From: Clostridiales bacterium
Lineage (GTDB): Bacteria; Bacillota; Clostridia; Peptostreptococcales; Acidaminobacteraceae
Assembly: GCA_030445805.1 (NCBI GenBank)
Contig: JASUTA010000001.1
Location: 1-54,082 of the forward strand
Direction of reading: 5' to 3'
Length of the DNA stretch: 54,082 nucleotides
Within the stretch, counting starts at the first letter, position 1, and every line of letters starts with the position of its first letter. Below, piece by piece: positions 30,828-41,466 of this stretch. Below the pieces are notes generated by a model. The model was not told where the DNA came from, ran no database searches, and worked only from the letters and a program-made list of their open reading frames with translations. Position numbers and translations under genes: made by a program.

Positions 30828-30855
30828 TTGTTAATTGGTTCTATTACGGTATAAT
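30828..30855 (+). promoter_or_regulatory. Candidate sigma-A promoter for tig-clpP-clpX
   Basis: TTGTTA (30828..30833), 16-nt spacer, TATAAT (30850..30855). A second TATAAT lies at 30856..30861. Confidence 0.45.
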
Positions 30856-31003
30856 TATAATGATTTTCTGTCTCTATCTTTACTTTTTTCATCAAATACG
30901 GTACGATTAATGGGTTAATAAGCTTGAATACAGCAGGATAGAGCCATTTAAAAGAGGAAAACACCGGCCGATGCCGGTAAAAATAGTTGGGAGGCCTTCT
31001 ACG

Positions 31004-32287
31004 ATGAATTATGAAATTTTGAAAAAAGAAAACGGTGAAATGACCGTAAAAATTACGGTGCCGAACGAAGCGTTTAAAAAAGCTGTTACCGCGGCATACA
31101 ACAAAAACAAGGGAAAATTTTCAGTTCCCGGATTCAGAAAAGGAAAAGTGCCGAAAAACATCATCGAAAAGCATTACGGAGAAGGCGTTTTTTATGAAGA
31201 TGCCATCAACGATTTGCTTCCGGAATATTACGAAAAAGTTCTCGACGAATTGAAAATTGAGCCGGTTGCACGCCCTGACATCGATATTATGGAAATCGAC
31301 AAAGACAAAGATTTGGTTTTTGCGGCAGTGATTACAACGACGCCTGAATTTGAACTCGAAGGCTATAAAGGTCTCGAAGTTGAAAAGGTCAGCACAGAAG
31401 TAACGGATGAAATGGTAGAACATACCCTCAAAGAAGCGCAAGAAATGAATGCGCGCCTTGTCAATGTCATCGATCGACCGGTAGCGGATGGCGATACGGT
31501 TCTTATCGATTACAAAGGCTTTGTCGGCGATGAGCAATTTGAAGGCGGAACAGCTGATCATCAAGAACTCGTCATCGGTTCCGGAAAATTCATCCCGGGA
31601 TTTGAAGAACAACTCATCGGCGCTTCTATCGGAAGCGAAGTAGAAGTCGACGTGACTTTCCCCGAAACCTATCATTCGGAAGACCTCGCGGGAAAAGCGG
31701 CAAAATTCTATGTAAAAATCAACGGCATTAAAATCAAAGAATTGCCTGAAATTGATGATGAATTTGCAAAAGACGTTTCAGAATTCGATACGCTTGATGA
31801 ATACAAAGCGAGCATTCGCGAAGACCTTGAAGCATCTCTTAAAGAAACGGCTGAGTCTGAACAAAGAGAAAAAGTCATTGAAAAAGCCATTGAACTCATC
31901 AAGGTGGATATTCCTGAAAAAATGGTGGAAGCAGAAGTCGATGCCATGTTGAACGACTTTGACCAACAACTCAGATATCAAGGCCTTTCATTGGATCAAT
32001 ACGTTAAATTTACCGGCGGAGACTTGGATGCGCTTAAATCACAAATGCATGAAGATGCCGTTAAACGCGTTAAGAGCAACTTGGTCATTGAAAAATTAAT
32101 TAAAATTGAAAACATTGAAGTAACCGATGAAGACGTCGATGCGGAAATCGAAAAAATTGCGACGTCTCAAGATCGTCCTGTAGAAGACATTAAGAAAATT
32201 TTTGAAAGAGATAATTTTGAATATCTCAAAAACAGTCTCCAATCTCAAAAAGCGATTAATTTCTTGGTAGAACACGCGAAATTTTAG
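31004..32287 (+). CDS. tig: Trigger factor
   Basis: Ribosome-binding GFRKGKVP motif, central FKBP domain and acidic C-terminus. ATG at 31004 follows GGGAGG. Confidence 0.93.
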   Translation: MNYEILKKENGEMTVKITVPNEAFKKAVTAAYNKNKGKFSVPGFRKGKVPKNIIEKHYGEGVFYEDAINDLLPEYYEKVLDELKIEPVARPDIDIMEIDKDKDLVFAAVITTTPEFELEGYKGLEVEKVSTEVTDEMVEHTLKEAQEMNARLVNVIDRPVADGDTVLIDYKGFVGDEQFEGGTADHQELVIGSGKFIPGFEEQLIGASIGSEVEVDVTFPETYHSEDLAGKAAKFYVKINGIKIKELPEIDDEFAKDVSEFDTLDEYKASIREDLEASLKETAESEQREKVIEKAIELIKVDIPEKMVEAEVDAMLNDFDQQLRYQGLSLDQYVKFTGGDLDALKSQMHEDAVKRVKSNLVIEKLIKIENIEVTDEDVDAEIEKIATSQDRPVEDIKKIFERDNFEYLKNSLQSQKAINFLVEHAKF

Positions 32288-32298
32288 GAGGTGTCACC

Positions 32299-32886
32299 AT
32301 GGCATATGTGCCTTACGTCATCGAGCAGACCAGCAAAGGGGAACGCTCATATGACATTTATTCCAGACTTTTAAAGGATCGAATCATCTTCATAGGCGGC
32401 GAAATAGAGGATCACATGGCCAATTTAGTCGTGGCGCAACTCCTTTTCCTCGAAGCGGAAGATCCGGATAAAGACATCAGCATTTACATCAACAGCCCGG
32501 GCGGTTCCATTACCGCAGGGATGGCTATTTTTGATACGATGACATACATCAAACCGGATGTATCCACCATTTGTGTCGGCCTCGCCGCAAGTATGGGCGC
32601 ATTTTTGCTCGCAGCGGGAACGCAGGGCAAACGCTATGCGCTTCCGAATGCGGAGATTATGATTCACCAACCGCTCGGCGGCGCACGCGGCCAAGCATCC
32701 GACATCAAAATTCAAGCAGAACGCATTTTAAAAACGCGTCGTGAAATGAATCGTATTTTAAGTGAAAAAACCGGAAAGAGCATCAAACAAATTGAAAAAG
32801 ATACCGACAGAGACTTTTTCATGACGGCAGATGAAGCGGTTGAATACGGATTGATTGACAGCGTATTCAGACAGAGAACTCCGTGA
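32299..32886 (+). CDS. clpP: ATP-dependent Clp protease proteolytic subunit
   Basis: 195 aa with GLAASMGAF (Ser), IMIHQPLGG (His) and the Asp triad context. Confidence 0.96.
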   Translation: MAYVPYVIEQTSKGERSYDIYSRLLKDRIIFIGGEIEDHMANLVVAQLLFLEAEDPDKDISIYINSPGGSITAGMAIFDTMTYIKPDVSTICVGLAASMGAFLLAAGTQGKRYALPNAEIMIHQPLGGARGQASDIKIQAERILKTRREMNRILSEKTGKSIKQIEKDTDRDFFMTADEAVEYGLIDSVFRQRTP

Positions 32887-32920
32887 CGGATTGTTCTCCG
32901 GAAATAGAAAGAGGTATGGA

Positions 32921-34204
32921 ATGGATAAACCGACTTTGAAATGTTCCTTTTGCGGAAAAAATCAAGAACAAGTCAAGCGGCTGATCGCAGGTCCGAATGT
33001 ATATATATGTGATGAGTGTATCGAACTCTGCAACGAGATTTTAGAAGAGGAACTCTCAATCTACAAGCGCGTTGAAGAGGAAGAGTGGTCGATGGACAAA
33101 CTGCCGAAACCGGCTGAAATCAAAGCCATTCTCGACAGTTACGTCATCGGACAGGAACACGCTAAAAAAGCGCTCTCTGTCGCCATGTACAATCACTACA
33201 AACGCATACAGACCGAAGCCGGCGACGACGAAGTGGAACTGCAAAAGAGTAACATTCTCCTCATAGGCCCGACAGGGTCAGGAAAAACTTTGCTAGCGCA
33301 GACGCTTGCGCGCATCTTGGATGTGCCGTTTGCCATAGCGGATGCCACGGCGCTCACAGAAGCCGGGTACGTCGGTGAAGACGTTGAAAACATTGTGCTC
33401 AAGCTCGTTCAATCGGCAGATTACGACATTGAACGCGCACAAAAGGGCATTATTTATATCGATGAAATTGACAAAATTACACGTAAATCCGAGAACCCGT
33501 CGATCACGAGAGATGTCTCGGGTGAAGGGGTTCAACAGGCACTTCTCAAAATCATCGAAGGAACGGTTGCCAATGTTCCGCCTCAAGGCGGCAGAAAGCA
33601 TCCGCATCAAGAATTCCTCCAAGTGGACACATCTAACATTCTGTTCATTTGCGGTGGGGCTTTTGATGGCATGGAATCCATCATCAATGCCCGAATCGGT
33701 GAAAAGGCGTTGGGATTCGGCGCTTCCGTTCAAAGTAAAAAGAATACGCCGGTCGGTGAGCTGCTTGAAAAGATTGAACCGAAAGATTTGCTCAAATATG
33801 GGTTGATTCCCGAGTTTGTCGGCAGACTTCCGGTGGTCGTTTCACTGCACGAACTCGACCAAGAAGCGCTGGTTCGCATCCTGAAAGAGCCGAAAAACGC
33901 CATTGTCAAGCAGTATCAAAAGATGCTTAAGCTGGACGATGTGGAGCTCGAATTTGACGATGAAGCCCTTGTGGAAGTTGCCAGAATGGCGATTGACCGC
34001 AAGACAGGTGCACGCGGACTCCGTTCGATTCTTGAAAACATCATGATGGATATCATGTATGAGATTCCTTCGAGAGATGACATCAAGAAGTGCATTGTGA
34101 CAAAGGATACCATTCGAAAAAATCAGATGCCAACTTTGGTATTGGCTGAGGCAAAAAAAGAATCCGGCAAGGGAGCCGATGGACACAAAGAAAGCGTTTC
34201 TTAG
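32921..34204 (+). CDS. clpX: ATP-dependent Clp protease ATP-binding subunit ClpX
   Basis: Zinc ribbon CSFCGK...CDECIELC, Walker [20 protein letters not shown] at 32921; the 32855 start was rejected because it overlaps clpP. Confidence 0.95.
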   Translation: MDKPTLKCSFCGKNQEQVKRLIAGPNVYICDECIELCNEILEEELSIYKRVEEEEWSMDKLPKPAEIKAILDSYVIGQEHAKKALSVAMYNHYKRIQTEAGDDEVELQKSNILLIGPTGSGKTLLAQTLARILDVPFAIADATALTEAGYVGEDVENIVLKLVQSADYDIERAQKGIIYIDEIDKITRKSENPSITRDVSGEGVQQALLKIIEGTVANVPPQGGRKHPHQEFLQVDTSNILFICGGAFDGMESIINARIGEKALGFGASVQSKKNTPVGELLEKIEPKDLLKYGLIPEFVGRLPVVVSLHELDQEALVRILKEPKNAIVKQYQKMLKLDDVELEFDDEALVEVARMAIDRKTGARGLRSILENIMMDIMYEIPSRDDIKKCIVTKDTIRKNQMPTLVLAEAKKESGKGADGHKESVS

Positions 34205-34246
34205 ATCCAGGGGTAACATCCCGGTAGCTTTTTAAAGCGAAGACAA

Positions 34247-34269
34247 AACGAGCGCGAGCTCGTTTTTTC
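34247..34269 (+). terminator. Rho-independent terminator after clpX
   Basis: AACGAGC-GCGA-GCTCGTT hairpin running into TTTTTT. Confidence 0.7.
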
Positions 34270-34270
34270 G

Positions 34271-34297
34271 TTTGATACTTTCAAAAACGGTTATAAT
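34271..34297 (+). promoter_or_regulatory. Candidate lon promoter
   Basis: TATAAT at 34292..34297 followed by AGACTT, the same -10/discriminator string as the tRNA promoter. The -35 is poor (TTTGAT with a 15-nt spacer). Confidence 0.4.
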
Positions 34298-34330
34298 AGA
34301 CTTAGCCGCATTTGTAGACCATTTCAGTAT

Positions 34331-34435
34331 CGAGAGATGTAGAATCGAAAGATGTAAAATCGAAAGATGTAAAATCACAAGATGTAGAATTGAGAGATGT
34401 AGAATCACAAGATAAGAGGTGATGGTATGGAAAAT
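34331..34435 (+). repeat. 15-bp tandem array in the lon leader: five ATG-stop units, one degenerate unit carrying the SD, and the lon start unit
   Basis: cgagagATGTAGaat / cgaaagATGTAAaat / cgaaagATGTAAaat / cacaagATGTAGaat / tgagagATGTAGaat / cacaagATAAGAGGT / gatggtATGGAAaat. The last ATG is the lon start at 34427. Confidence 0.9.
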
Positions 34436-36829
34436 GAGAATAAAATAGTCAACATGCCTTTGATTCCGTTGCGGGGTCTGTCCATTTTTCCTTACATGGT
34501 GCTCCATTTTGATGTGGGCCGAAAAAAATCCATCAAAGCATTGGAAGCGGCCATGGCTAAGGACCAACGTATCTTTTTGACAACGCAGTTTGACATTGAC
34601 ATTGACTCTCCGGGACAATCCGATTTTTATAAAGTAGGTACGGTTTGTAAAATCAAGCAGATGCTGAAACTTCCGGGAGACGCCATTCGTGTTTTGGTGG
34701 AAGGTATTCAGCGTGCAGAGGTTGATACGATTGTCGAAGAAACGCCTTATTTCAGAGTGGATGTCAAGACTTACACCGACGACACCACGGTAGATCGGGA
34801 AAGCAGAGCGCTGATGCGAAGCTGTATCGGTGCGTTTGAAAAATATATAGGAATCAGCAATCGCGTGAGCCCGGATGTCATTCTTTCTGTTACGGCCATT
34901 GAAGAACCTGGGCGCCTTGCGGATATTATCGCGGCTCAGCTCACGCTTAAGACGGAGCAAAAACAAGAACTCATTGAAGCGGTTGAAGTCAAAGAACGTC
35001 TTGAACGCCTGCTGAAACTCTTGCTCACGGAAGTTGAAATTCTTGAAGTTGAAAAGAACATCAACGATAAAGTGAAGAGCCAAATCAACAAATCACAAAA
35101 AGAATACTATTTGAGAGAGCAGATCAAAGCCATTCGCGATGAACTCGGCGAAGAAGATGCGCAGGAAGATGAGATAGAAGACATGCGCAAGCGTCTGAAA
35201 AAACTTAAACTGCCGAAAAAAATCGATAAAAAGGTATCGAGCGAAATCGATCGATACGCGCGATTGTCACTGTCTTCTGCAGAGAGTGGCGTCATTCGAA
35301 ACTACGTGACTTGGATCTTGGATTTGCCATGGCGCAAAGAAACCAAGGACGAAATCGACTTGAACAAGGCGCAAAGTTATTTGGATGAAGACCACTACGG
35401 TCTTGAAACCGTCAAAGAACGCGTCATTGAATATTTGGCGGTTCGCGACTTGACCAAGAGCATGAAAGGCCCGATCATTTGCCTCGTAGGCCCTCCGGGC
35501 GTCGGTAAAACTTCCATTGCCAAGTCGATTGCGCGATCACTCGGCAGAGAATTCGTGCGCATGTCACTGGGTGGCGTTCGAGACGAAGCGGAGATCAGAG
35601 GACACCGAAGAACGTACATCGGTGCGATTCCGGGACGTATTGTCAACGGCATCAAAGAAGCCGGAACCAAGAATCCGGTCTTCCTCTTTGACGAAATCGA
35701 CAAACTGTCCAGCGATTTCAGAGGCGACCCGGCTTCGGCACTGCTTGAAGTCCTGGACCCGGAACAAAACAAAGAATTTACGGATCACTATTTGGAAGTG
35801 CCTTTTGACCTTTCGAAAGTGCTGTTCATTACGACGGCCAATACGCTCAGCACCATTCCGAGACCGTTGCTCGATCGTATGGAAGTGATTGAAGTTTCCG
35901 GGTATACCGAATTTGAAAAACTCAATATCGCGCGACGTTACCTCGTCCCGAAAAAAGTGGCGGAGCACGGCTTGAAAAAGGCGCAACTCTCCATTTCGGA
36001 TGAAGCGATTTTGGAAGTCGTTCGAAAATACACGCGTGAGTCGGGTGTACGGGAACTGGAAAGAAAATTAGCGGATGTGTGCAGAAAAGCGGCGGTTCGC
36101 ATTTCAAAGGGCGAAGCGAAGAGCGTTCGCATTACGGATAAAAACATTGAAAAGTACCTTGGCAAGAGCCGTTATCACTATGATTTGATCGCGGAAACCG
36201 ATCAGATCGGCATTGTGACAGGCCTGGCTTGGACGGCTGTCGGCGGGGATACCCTGTCCATTGAAGTCAACACGATGAAGGGCAAGGGGAAACTCCAGCT
36301 CACCGGGCAACTCGGCGATGTCATGAAAGAATCCGCACAGGCGGGGTTTTCGTTTATTCGAACGATTGCTTCCGAATACGGCATTCCCGAAGACTTCTAT
36401 GAGACGACGGATATTCACGTGCACATTCCGGAAGGGGCAATCCCGAAAGACGGTCCTTCTGCGGGGATTACAATGGCGACAGCCATGATTTCCGCTCTTG
36501 CACAGGTTCCTGTCGATCGATTCGTCGCCATGACGGGTGAAATTACACTTAGGGGCCGCGTGCTTCCGATCGGTGGGTTCAAAGAAAAATCTTTGGCGGC
36601 GAAACGCGCCGGCATCAAAAAGATTTTATTCCCACATGACAACATCAAAGACCTGGAAGACATTCCTGAGACGGTTAAAAAGGAAATTGAATTTATACCG
36701 GTCAAGACTATGGATGAAGTTTTGAGTCATGCACTTATGAAACCGGGAAAGACGCCTGTAAAGCGCACGCGCCGCACCAAAGCGGAAGAAGCGCCGAAGA
36801 CAGATGCCGGAGAGCGCCATGAAGATTAA
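34427..36829 (+). CDS. lon: ATP-dependent protease Lon (LonA)
   Basis: 800 aa with an N-terminal LON domain, Walker [10 protein letters not shown] and catalytic DGPSAG. Confidence 0.95.
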   Translation: MENENKIVNMPLIPLRGLSIFPYMVLHFDVGRKKSIKALEAAMAKDQRIFLTTQFDIDIDSPGQSDFYKVGTVCKIKQMLKLPGDAIRVLVEGIQRAEVDTIVEETPYFRVDVKTYTDDTTVDRESRALMRSCIGAFEKYIGISNRVSPDVILSVTAIEEPGRLADIIAAQLTLKTEQKQELIEAVEVKERLERLLKLLLTEVEILEVEKNINDKVKSQINKSQKEYYLREQIKAIRDELGEEDAQEDEIEDMRKRLKKLKLPKKIDKKVSSEIDRYARLSLSSAESGVIRNYVTWILDLPWRKETKDEIDLNKAQSYLDEDHYGLETVKERVIEYLAVRDLTKSMKGPIICLVGPPGVGKTSIAKSIARSLGREFVRMSLGGVRDEAEIRGHRRTYIGAIPGRIVNGIKEAGTKNPVFLFDEIDKLSSDFRGDPASALLEVLDPEQNKEFTDHYLEVPFDLSKVLFITTANTLSTIPRPLLDRMEVIEVSGYTEFEKLNIARRYLVPKKVAEHGLKKAQLSISDEAILEVVRKYTRESGVRELERKLADVCRKAAVRISKGEAKSVRITDKNIEKYLGKSRYHYDLIAETDQIGIVTGLAWTAVGGDTLSIEVNTMKGKGKLQLTGQLGDVMKESAQAGFSFIRTIASEYGIPEDFYETTDIHVHIPEGAIPKDGPSAGITMATAMISALAQVPVDRFVAMTGEITLRGRVLPIGGFKEKSLAAKRAGIKKILFPHDNIKDLEDIPETVKKEIEFIPVKTMDEVLSHALMKPGKTPVKRTRRTKAEEAPKTDAGERHED

Positions 36830-37454
36830 ACAAAGTCGTTTTATGATCAGCGCGGTGACAAAGAGCCAGTACCCGGAGAGTGATTTGCCGGAACTGGCTT
36901 TCGCCGGACGTTCCAACGTCGGTAAGTCATCGTTGATCAATATGTTACTCAACCGAAAGGGACTGGCAAAGACCAGTTCTACGCCCGGGAAAACCCAACT
37001 TGTGAATTTTTATGATATCGACGGGCTGTTTCGATTTGTCGATTTGCCCGGATATGGATTTGCAAAAGTCTCTAAAGCGCAGAAAGCCAGCTGGGGCAAG
37101 ATCATTGAGACGTATCTGACACAGCGGGAAAACCTTCTCGAAGTGTTTCAGCTCGTTGACATTCGACATAAGCCCACCGGGGAAGACCGGGAAATGTACG
37201 ACTGGATCAGAAGCTTCGGCTTCCGCGGCATTGTCTTTGCGACGAAGGCCGATAAATTGAGCCGATCTCAATGTGCGGCACAGGTTAAAGTGATTCGTAA
37301 AACCCTTGAAATGCCCCCCGAAGCGCCGCTTGTTTTGCTTTCATCGGACAATCGTTCCGGGAAGTATGACGCGTGGGATTTGATCAACCGTCTTTTTGAA
37401 GAAGAAGGGCTCGAAATATTTGTGGAGCGCCAATCGGCGACAGCCGAAAAATAG
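36819..37454 (+). CDS. engB: Ribosome-biogenesis GTPase YihA/EngB (YsxC)
   Basis: [13 protein letters not shown]1 motif, DLPGYG, ATKADK. It follows lon as in B. subtilis lonA-ysxC. The ATG at 36819 overlaps the lon 3' end; the alternative start is 36804. Confidence 0.88.
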   Translation: MKIKQSRFMISAVTKSQYPESDLPELAFAGRSNVGKSSLINMLLNRKGLAKTSSTPGKTQLVNFYDIDGLFRFVDLPGYGFAKVSKAQKASWGKIIETYLTQRENLLEVFQLVDIRHKPTGEDREMYDWIRSFGFRGIVFATKADKLSRSQCAAQVKVIRKTLEMPPEAPLVLLSSDNRSGKYDAWDLINRLFEEEGLEIFVERQSATAEK

Positions 37455-37501
37455 AGACCTCTGAAGGGTCAAAAATGGATAATTTAGTGGAGGAAATCGA
37501 T

Positions 37502-38023
37502 ATGAGTCAAAACCCGATTGTTACCTTGGAACTGGCGTCCGGAAAAACGGTTAAATTGGAACTTTACCCGGATGTGGCACCGAACACCGTCAATAACTTT
37601 ATCAGCTTGGTCAAATCCGGATTTTATGACGGCTTGATTTTTCATCGCGTCATTAAAGGGTTTATGATTCAGGGCGGATGCCCGGAAGGTTCCGGAATGG
37701 GCGGCCCGGGATACGGCATAAAGGGCGAGTTTAAATCCAACGGATTTAACAACACTTTAAAACATACGGCCGGAGTCATTTCTATGGCAAGAGCGCAAAA
37801 TCCGGATTCTGCGGGGAGTCAGTTCTTCATCATGCATGAAGATTCTCCGCATTTGGATGGTCAATACGCCGCATTCGGCCGCGTGATCGAAGGTCAGGAT
37901 GTCGTCAACGAGATCGCCGAAGTGCGCACAGGCTGGGGAGACAGACCGGTGGATGAGCAACGCATTGAACATGCGACGGTTGAAACGTTTGGCGTGGACT
38001 ATCCGGCACCGGAGAAACGATAG
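37502..38023 (+). CDS. ppiB: Cyclophilin-type peptidyl-prolyl cis-trans isomerase
   Basis: FHRVIKGFMIQGG, SMAR..PDSAGSQFFI. ATG at 37502 follows GGAGG. Confidence 0.88.
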   Translation: MSQNPIVTLELASGKTVKLELYPDVAPNTVNNFISLVKSGFYDGLIFHRVIKGFMIQGGCPEGSGMGGPGYGIKGEFKSNGFNNTLKHTAGVISMARAQNPDSAGSQFFIMHEDSPHLDGQYAAFGRVIEGQDVVNEIAEVRTGWGDRPVDEQRIEHATVETFGVDYPAPEKR

Positions 38024-38080
38024 AGAAGCCTCAATAAGGTGAATAAAATTCCGCATGACAGCGTGCGGGTTTGAACAGAT

Positions 38081-38117
38081 AAAAAGGGTGTCCCGATACA
38101 ATCGGACACCCTTTTTG
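38081..38117. terminator. Bidirectional terminator between ppiB and the convergent fba
   Basis: AAAAAGGGTGTCCCGA-TACAA-TCGGACACCCTTTTT. Confidence 0.85.
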
Positions 38118-38128
38118 ATCAGCATTTT

Positions 38129-39067
38129 TTATTTGTTTTGATTGCAGCCGAGCACGTTTACGATCTTGTGCTTAACCATGCCGTAAATGGCATCTCTGGC
38201 AGGCCCCAGGTATTTACGCGGGTCGAAGTTTTCCGGATTTTCGGCAAAACTTTTACGGATGACGCCGGTCATCGCAAGGCGAAGGTCGGAATCAATATTG
38301 ATTTTGCAGATACCGTACTGAGCGGCTTCACGAAGCATCGGTTCGGGACAGCCTTTTGCGTCTTTCAGTTTTCCGCCGAATTCGTTGCACATAGCGACGT
38401 ATTCAGGGATAACGGAAGAAGCGCCGTGCAGAACGAGCGGGAATTCCGGAAGAAGGCCTGAAATGACTTTCAGACGTTCAATGTCCAGCTTCGGATCTGA
38501 ATCTGCGGCGAATTTGTAAGCGCCGTGGCTTGTACCGATGGCAATGGCAAGTGAATCGCACCCGGTGCGTTTTACGAAATCAACGGCTTGATCCGGGTCG
38601 GTGTAAGAAGAATCTTCTTTGGAAACGTTGACATTGTCTTCAACGCCGGCAAGTCTGCCCAGTTCTGCTTCAACGACAACGCCGCGTGCATGTGCGTACT
38701 CAACGACTTTTTTCGTGAGCGCAATGTTTTCTTCGTAAGGAAGATGCGAACCGTCAACCATGACAGACGTAAATCCGTCATCGATACACGATTTGCAGAT
38801 TTCAAAATCTTCACCATGATCGAGGTGAAGTGCAATGTCGAGATCCGGGTTTTCAGCAACAGCCGCTTCCACCAATTTTTTAAGGTAAATCGGGCTGGCG
38901 TATTTACGTGCACCTGCCGATACCTGTAAAATCAAAGGTGATTTTGTCTCAGACGCAGCTTTGACAATCCCTTGAATGATCTCCATGTTGTTGACATTGA
39001 AGGCGCCTACGGCGTAACCGCCTTCATAAGCCTTCTTAAACATTTCTTTAGTAGTCACTAATGGCAC
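38129..39067 (-). CDS. fba: Class II fructose-1,6-bisphosphate aldolase
   Basis: GAFNVNNME, HLDHG, VMVDGS and SHGAYKF motifs. GTG start at 39067 is 8 nt after AAGGAG; the longer track ORF (to 39157) was rejected. Confidence 0.9.
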   Translation of the reverse strand: MPLVTTKEMFKKAYEGGYAVGAFNVNNMEIIQGIVKAASETKSPLILQVSAGARKYASPIYLKKLVEAAVAENPDLDIALHLDHGEDFEICKSCIDDGFTSVMVDGSHLPYEENIALTKKVVEYAHARGVVVEAELGRLAGVEDNVNVSKEDSSYTDPDQAVDFVKRTGCDSLAIAIGTSHGAYKFAADSDPKLDIERLKVISGLLPEFPLVLHGASSVIPEYVAMCNEFGGKLKDAKGCPEPMLREAAQYGICKINIDSDLRLAMTGVIRKSFAENPENFDPRKYLGPARDAIYGMVKHKIVNVLGCNQNK

Positions 39068-39241
39068 TGTAATCACTCCTTTTTTATATTGGATTAAGTG
39101 CAATCCCGATGACAAGGGTATTAACATAGGCCTACTACATATGCTATTATAAAACATACCGAAATAATTTTCCAGTCAAAATATAAAAATTCCGGTCGGG
39201 GGTGATCCGGGATTGTCATAAAACAAGGAGTTGCTGATACG

Positions 39242-40579
39242 ATGAAATTTCCGAAAGCTTTTGAAGAACGGATGAAGAAGACACTCGGTGCGGATTACGA
39301 AGCGTTTGAACGTGCATACGATAACCCGCCGCGCACAGGGCTCAGAGTGAATACCCTGAAAATGACGCCGGAGGCATTCGTCAAACAGTTCCCATACACG
39401 CTTCGCCCTGTGCCGTGGGCATCGGACGGCTTCTATTACGATGCGGAGGAAACGGTGAACGGCAAGACCGTGACGAAGCATCCCTATTATTATGCGGGGC
39501 TGTATTACATCCAGGAGCCGTCTGCGATGGCCCCCGTGGCGGCGCTTGCGCCGCCGGCGGGTGGGGTTTGTCTTGATCTCTGTGCCGCACCGGGAGGAAA
39601 GTCCACACAGATCGCTTCTGCCATACACGATGACGGTGTTCTGATATCGAATGACATCAGTGAAAAACGCATCAAAGCCGTTCTTCGGAATGTCGAAAAA
39701 TTCGGACTGCGCAATGCGATTGTACTCAACGATTCACCGGAACGCATTGCCAAGAACTTGGAAGGTATGGTAGACGCCCTGTTGATAGATGCGCCATGCT
39801 CGGGCGAAGGGATGTTTAAAAAAGACGCCAAGGCCATGAAATCTTGGGAACGCTATGGCCCTCCGGCTTGCCATGACCTTCAGCGCGAAATACTGGACGC
39901 TTCTGCCGAAGTTGTCAAATCCGGCGGGAAGCTCGTATACTCCACCTGTACCTTTGCACCGGAAGAAAATGAAATGCAGGCGGAATACATCGAAGATACC
40001 CTGCACTTCTCACCGAATGCCATCGAACTCGGCGTGATTGCCGTCGAGGGCAACCGGGCGCGCATCTGGCCGCACCGCCATGAAGGAGAAGGACATTTTC
40101 TCGGCAGTTTTGTGCGCTCGGAAGAGGGGGAACAGCCCGGAAAACCGGTGCCGTACGGTGAAAACCAACCGCCGGAATCCGTGCGTGAATTCATTGAAAC
40201 ACACCTTAAAAGCGATCGCTTAAAAGGATTTTATGAAGTCGATCACGACCGCGTTTTCTTGCGCCCGAAATACCGGTTGCCTCTTAAGGGGCTCAAAGTC
40301 ATTCGGGAAGGGCTGCTCGTCGGGCACCTGAAAAATGATCGCTTTGTTCCGAGTCAGGCGCTGGCCATTTACCTCAAGCGGGAAGATTTTGAACCGATAC
40401 TGGATCTGCCGTCTGACGGAGAGGCCATCGATCGCTATCTAAAATGCGAGACGCTTCAGGTGGAGACAGAGACCGAAGGACTGCACCTGGTCTGTACGGA
40501 CGGTTTTCCGGTGGGATGGGCAAAGATCAGCGGGGGCATGCTCAAAAACCTCTATCCGGCCTCTTGGCGGATTTTATAG
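39242..40579 (+). CDS. RsmB/RsmF (NOL1/NOP2/Sun) family rRNA m5C methyltransferase
   Basis: 445 aa. SAM pocket DLCAAPGGKS, DAPCSGEG, catalytic STCT, and a C-terminal PUA-like extension. Confidence 0.85.
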   Translation: MKFPKAFEERMKKTLGADYEAFERAYDNPPRTGLRVNTLKMTPEAFVKQFPYTLRPVPWASDGFYYDAEETVNGKTVTKHPYYYAGLYYIQEPSAMAPVAALAPPAGGVCLDLCAAPGGKSTQIASAIHDDGVLISNDISEKRIKAVLRNVEKFGLRNAIVLNDSPERIAKNLEGMVDALLIDAPCSGEGMFKKDAKAMKSWERYGPPACHDLQREILDASAEVVKSGGKLVYSTCTFAPEENEMQAEYIEDTLHFSPNAIELGVIAVEGNRARIWPHRHEGEGHFLGSFVRSEEGEQPGKPVPYGENQPPESVREFIETHLKSDRLKGFYEVDHDRVFLRPKYRLPLKGLKVIREGLLVGHLKNDRFVPSQALAIYLKREDFEPILDLPSDGEAIDRYLKCETLQVETETEGLHLVCTDGFPVGWAKISGGMLKNLYPASWRIL

Positions 40580-40624
40580 TGATTTCAAGCGAAAATAAAT
40601 AAAGACGGAATTCGGGAGAAAACA

Positions 40625-41344
40625 ATGGGCGAAAAGATGCGGCTGGATAAGCTGCTTTCCAATATGGGCAAGGGCTCGCGAAGCGAGATGAGAAATGCAC
40701 TGAAGCGCGGCTGGGTGACTGTCAACGGCAAGCGCGCAGTGACGGGAAAGGAAAAAGTGGATGTGGAAGAAGATGCGGTTTGCTATCAAGGGGAACGCAT
40801 CGCCTATGTGCGTTATATCTACCTGATGCTAAATAAGCCTCAAGGCGTCATTTCCGCGACGGAAGACGATCGGCATCAAACGGTCATCGACTTGATCGAT
40901 GATGCCTACAAAGCTTTAAATCCGTTCCCGGTCGGCCGGCTTGACATCGACACGGAAGGGCTTTTAATTTTGACCAACGACGGCGATTTGACGCATCGTC
41001 TCTTATCACCGAAACACCATGTTCCCAAGCGATATCGAGCCGTTTTGGAAAAGGGGATTTCAGACGGGGATATCGAGGCATTTCGTGCCGGAATTGACCT
41101 GAAAGACGGGACGCATTGTCTGCCGGCAGAACTGACCGCCATTTCCGAAGACGTGGCGGAAGTCGTCGTGTATGAAGGCAAATTTCATCAGGTGAAGCGC
41201 ATGTTTGAGGCGGTCGATAATCAGGTGACGGCACTCAAACGGCTCAGCATGGGGCCGATTTTACTCGATCCCGCCCTTGTGCCGGGTGAGAGCAGACCTT
41301 TGACAGAAGAAGAAATGGCGCTTTTGGAAGCGCTTCTGAAATAA
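40625..41344 (+). CDS. rsuA: 16S rRNA pseudouridine synthase RsuA-like
   Basis: MRLDKLL S4 domain, MLNKPQG, GRLDIDTEGLLILTNDG, GKFHQVKRMF and PGESRPLTEEE are close to E. coli RsuA as I remember it. The alternative start is 40637. Confidence 0.88.
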   Translation: MGEKMRLDKLLSNMGKGSRSEMRNALKRGWVTVNGKRAVTGKEKVDVEEDAVCYQGERIAYVRYIYLMLNKPQGVISATEDDRHQTVIDLIDDAYKALNPFPVGRLDIDTEGLLILTNDGDLTHRLLSPKHHVPKRYRAVLEKGISDGDIEAFRAGIDLKDGTHCLPAELTAISEDVAEVVVYEGKFHQVKRMFEAVDNQVTALKRLSMGPILLDPALVPGESRPLTEEEMALLEALLK

Positions 41345-41371
41345 AAAAAGGCAGGAGATTCCTGCCTTTTA
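41343..41371. terminator. Bidirectional rho-independent terminator
   Basis: AAAAAAAGGCAGGA-GAT-TCCTGCCTTTT. Confidence 0.85.
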
Positions 41372-41402
41372 AAATTCTGAATGATTAAATATGAGCTATT
41401 GC

Positions 41403-41466
41403 GATTCTGAGCTGCTACGATTCTGAGCTGCCGTGATTCCGGACTGCCATGAATCCAAACTATCGT
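41403..41466. repeat. 16-bp tandem repeat, about 4 units
   Basis: gattctgagctgctac / gattctgagctgccgt / gattccggactgccat / gaatccaaactatcgt. The last unit covers the stop of the minus-strand gene. Confidence 0.8.

Noticed and set aside
34331-34420. The 15-bp repeat array as a possible CRISPR
   Set aside because: The units are contiguous with no spacers, are far shorter than CRISPR repeats, and no cas genes are present.
30751-34426. CIRCE (HrcA) or CtsR heptad operators upstream of tig/clpP/clpX/lon
   Set aside because: I read both intergenic regions and found no TTAGCACTC-N9-GAGTGCTAA or GGTCAAA direct repeat.
34232-35083. 283-aa minus-strand ORF with an [15 protein letters not shown] repeat
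   Set aside because: It is the antisense translation of the lon 5' region and the 15-bp repeat array. It has no RBS, and the peptide repeat is an artefact of the DNA repeat.
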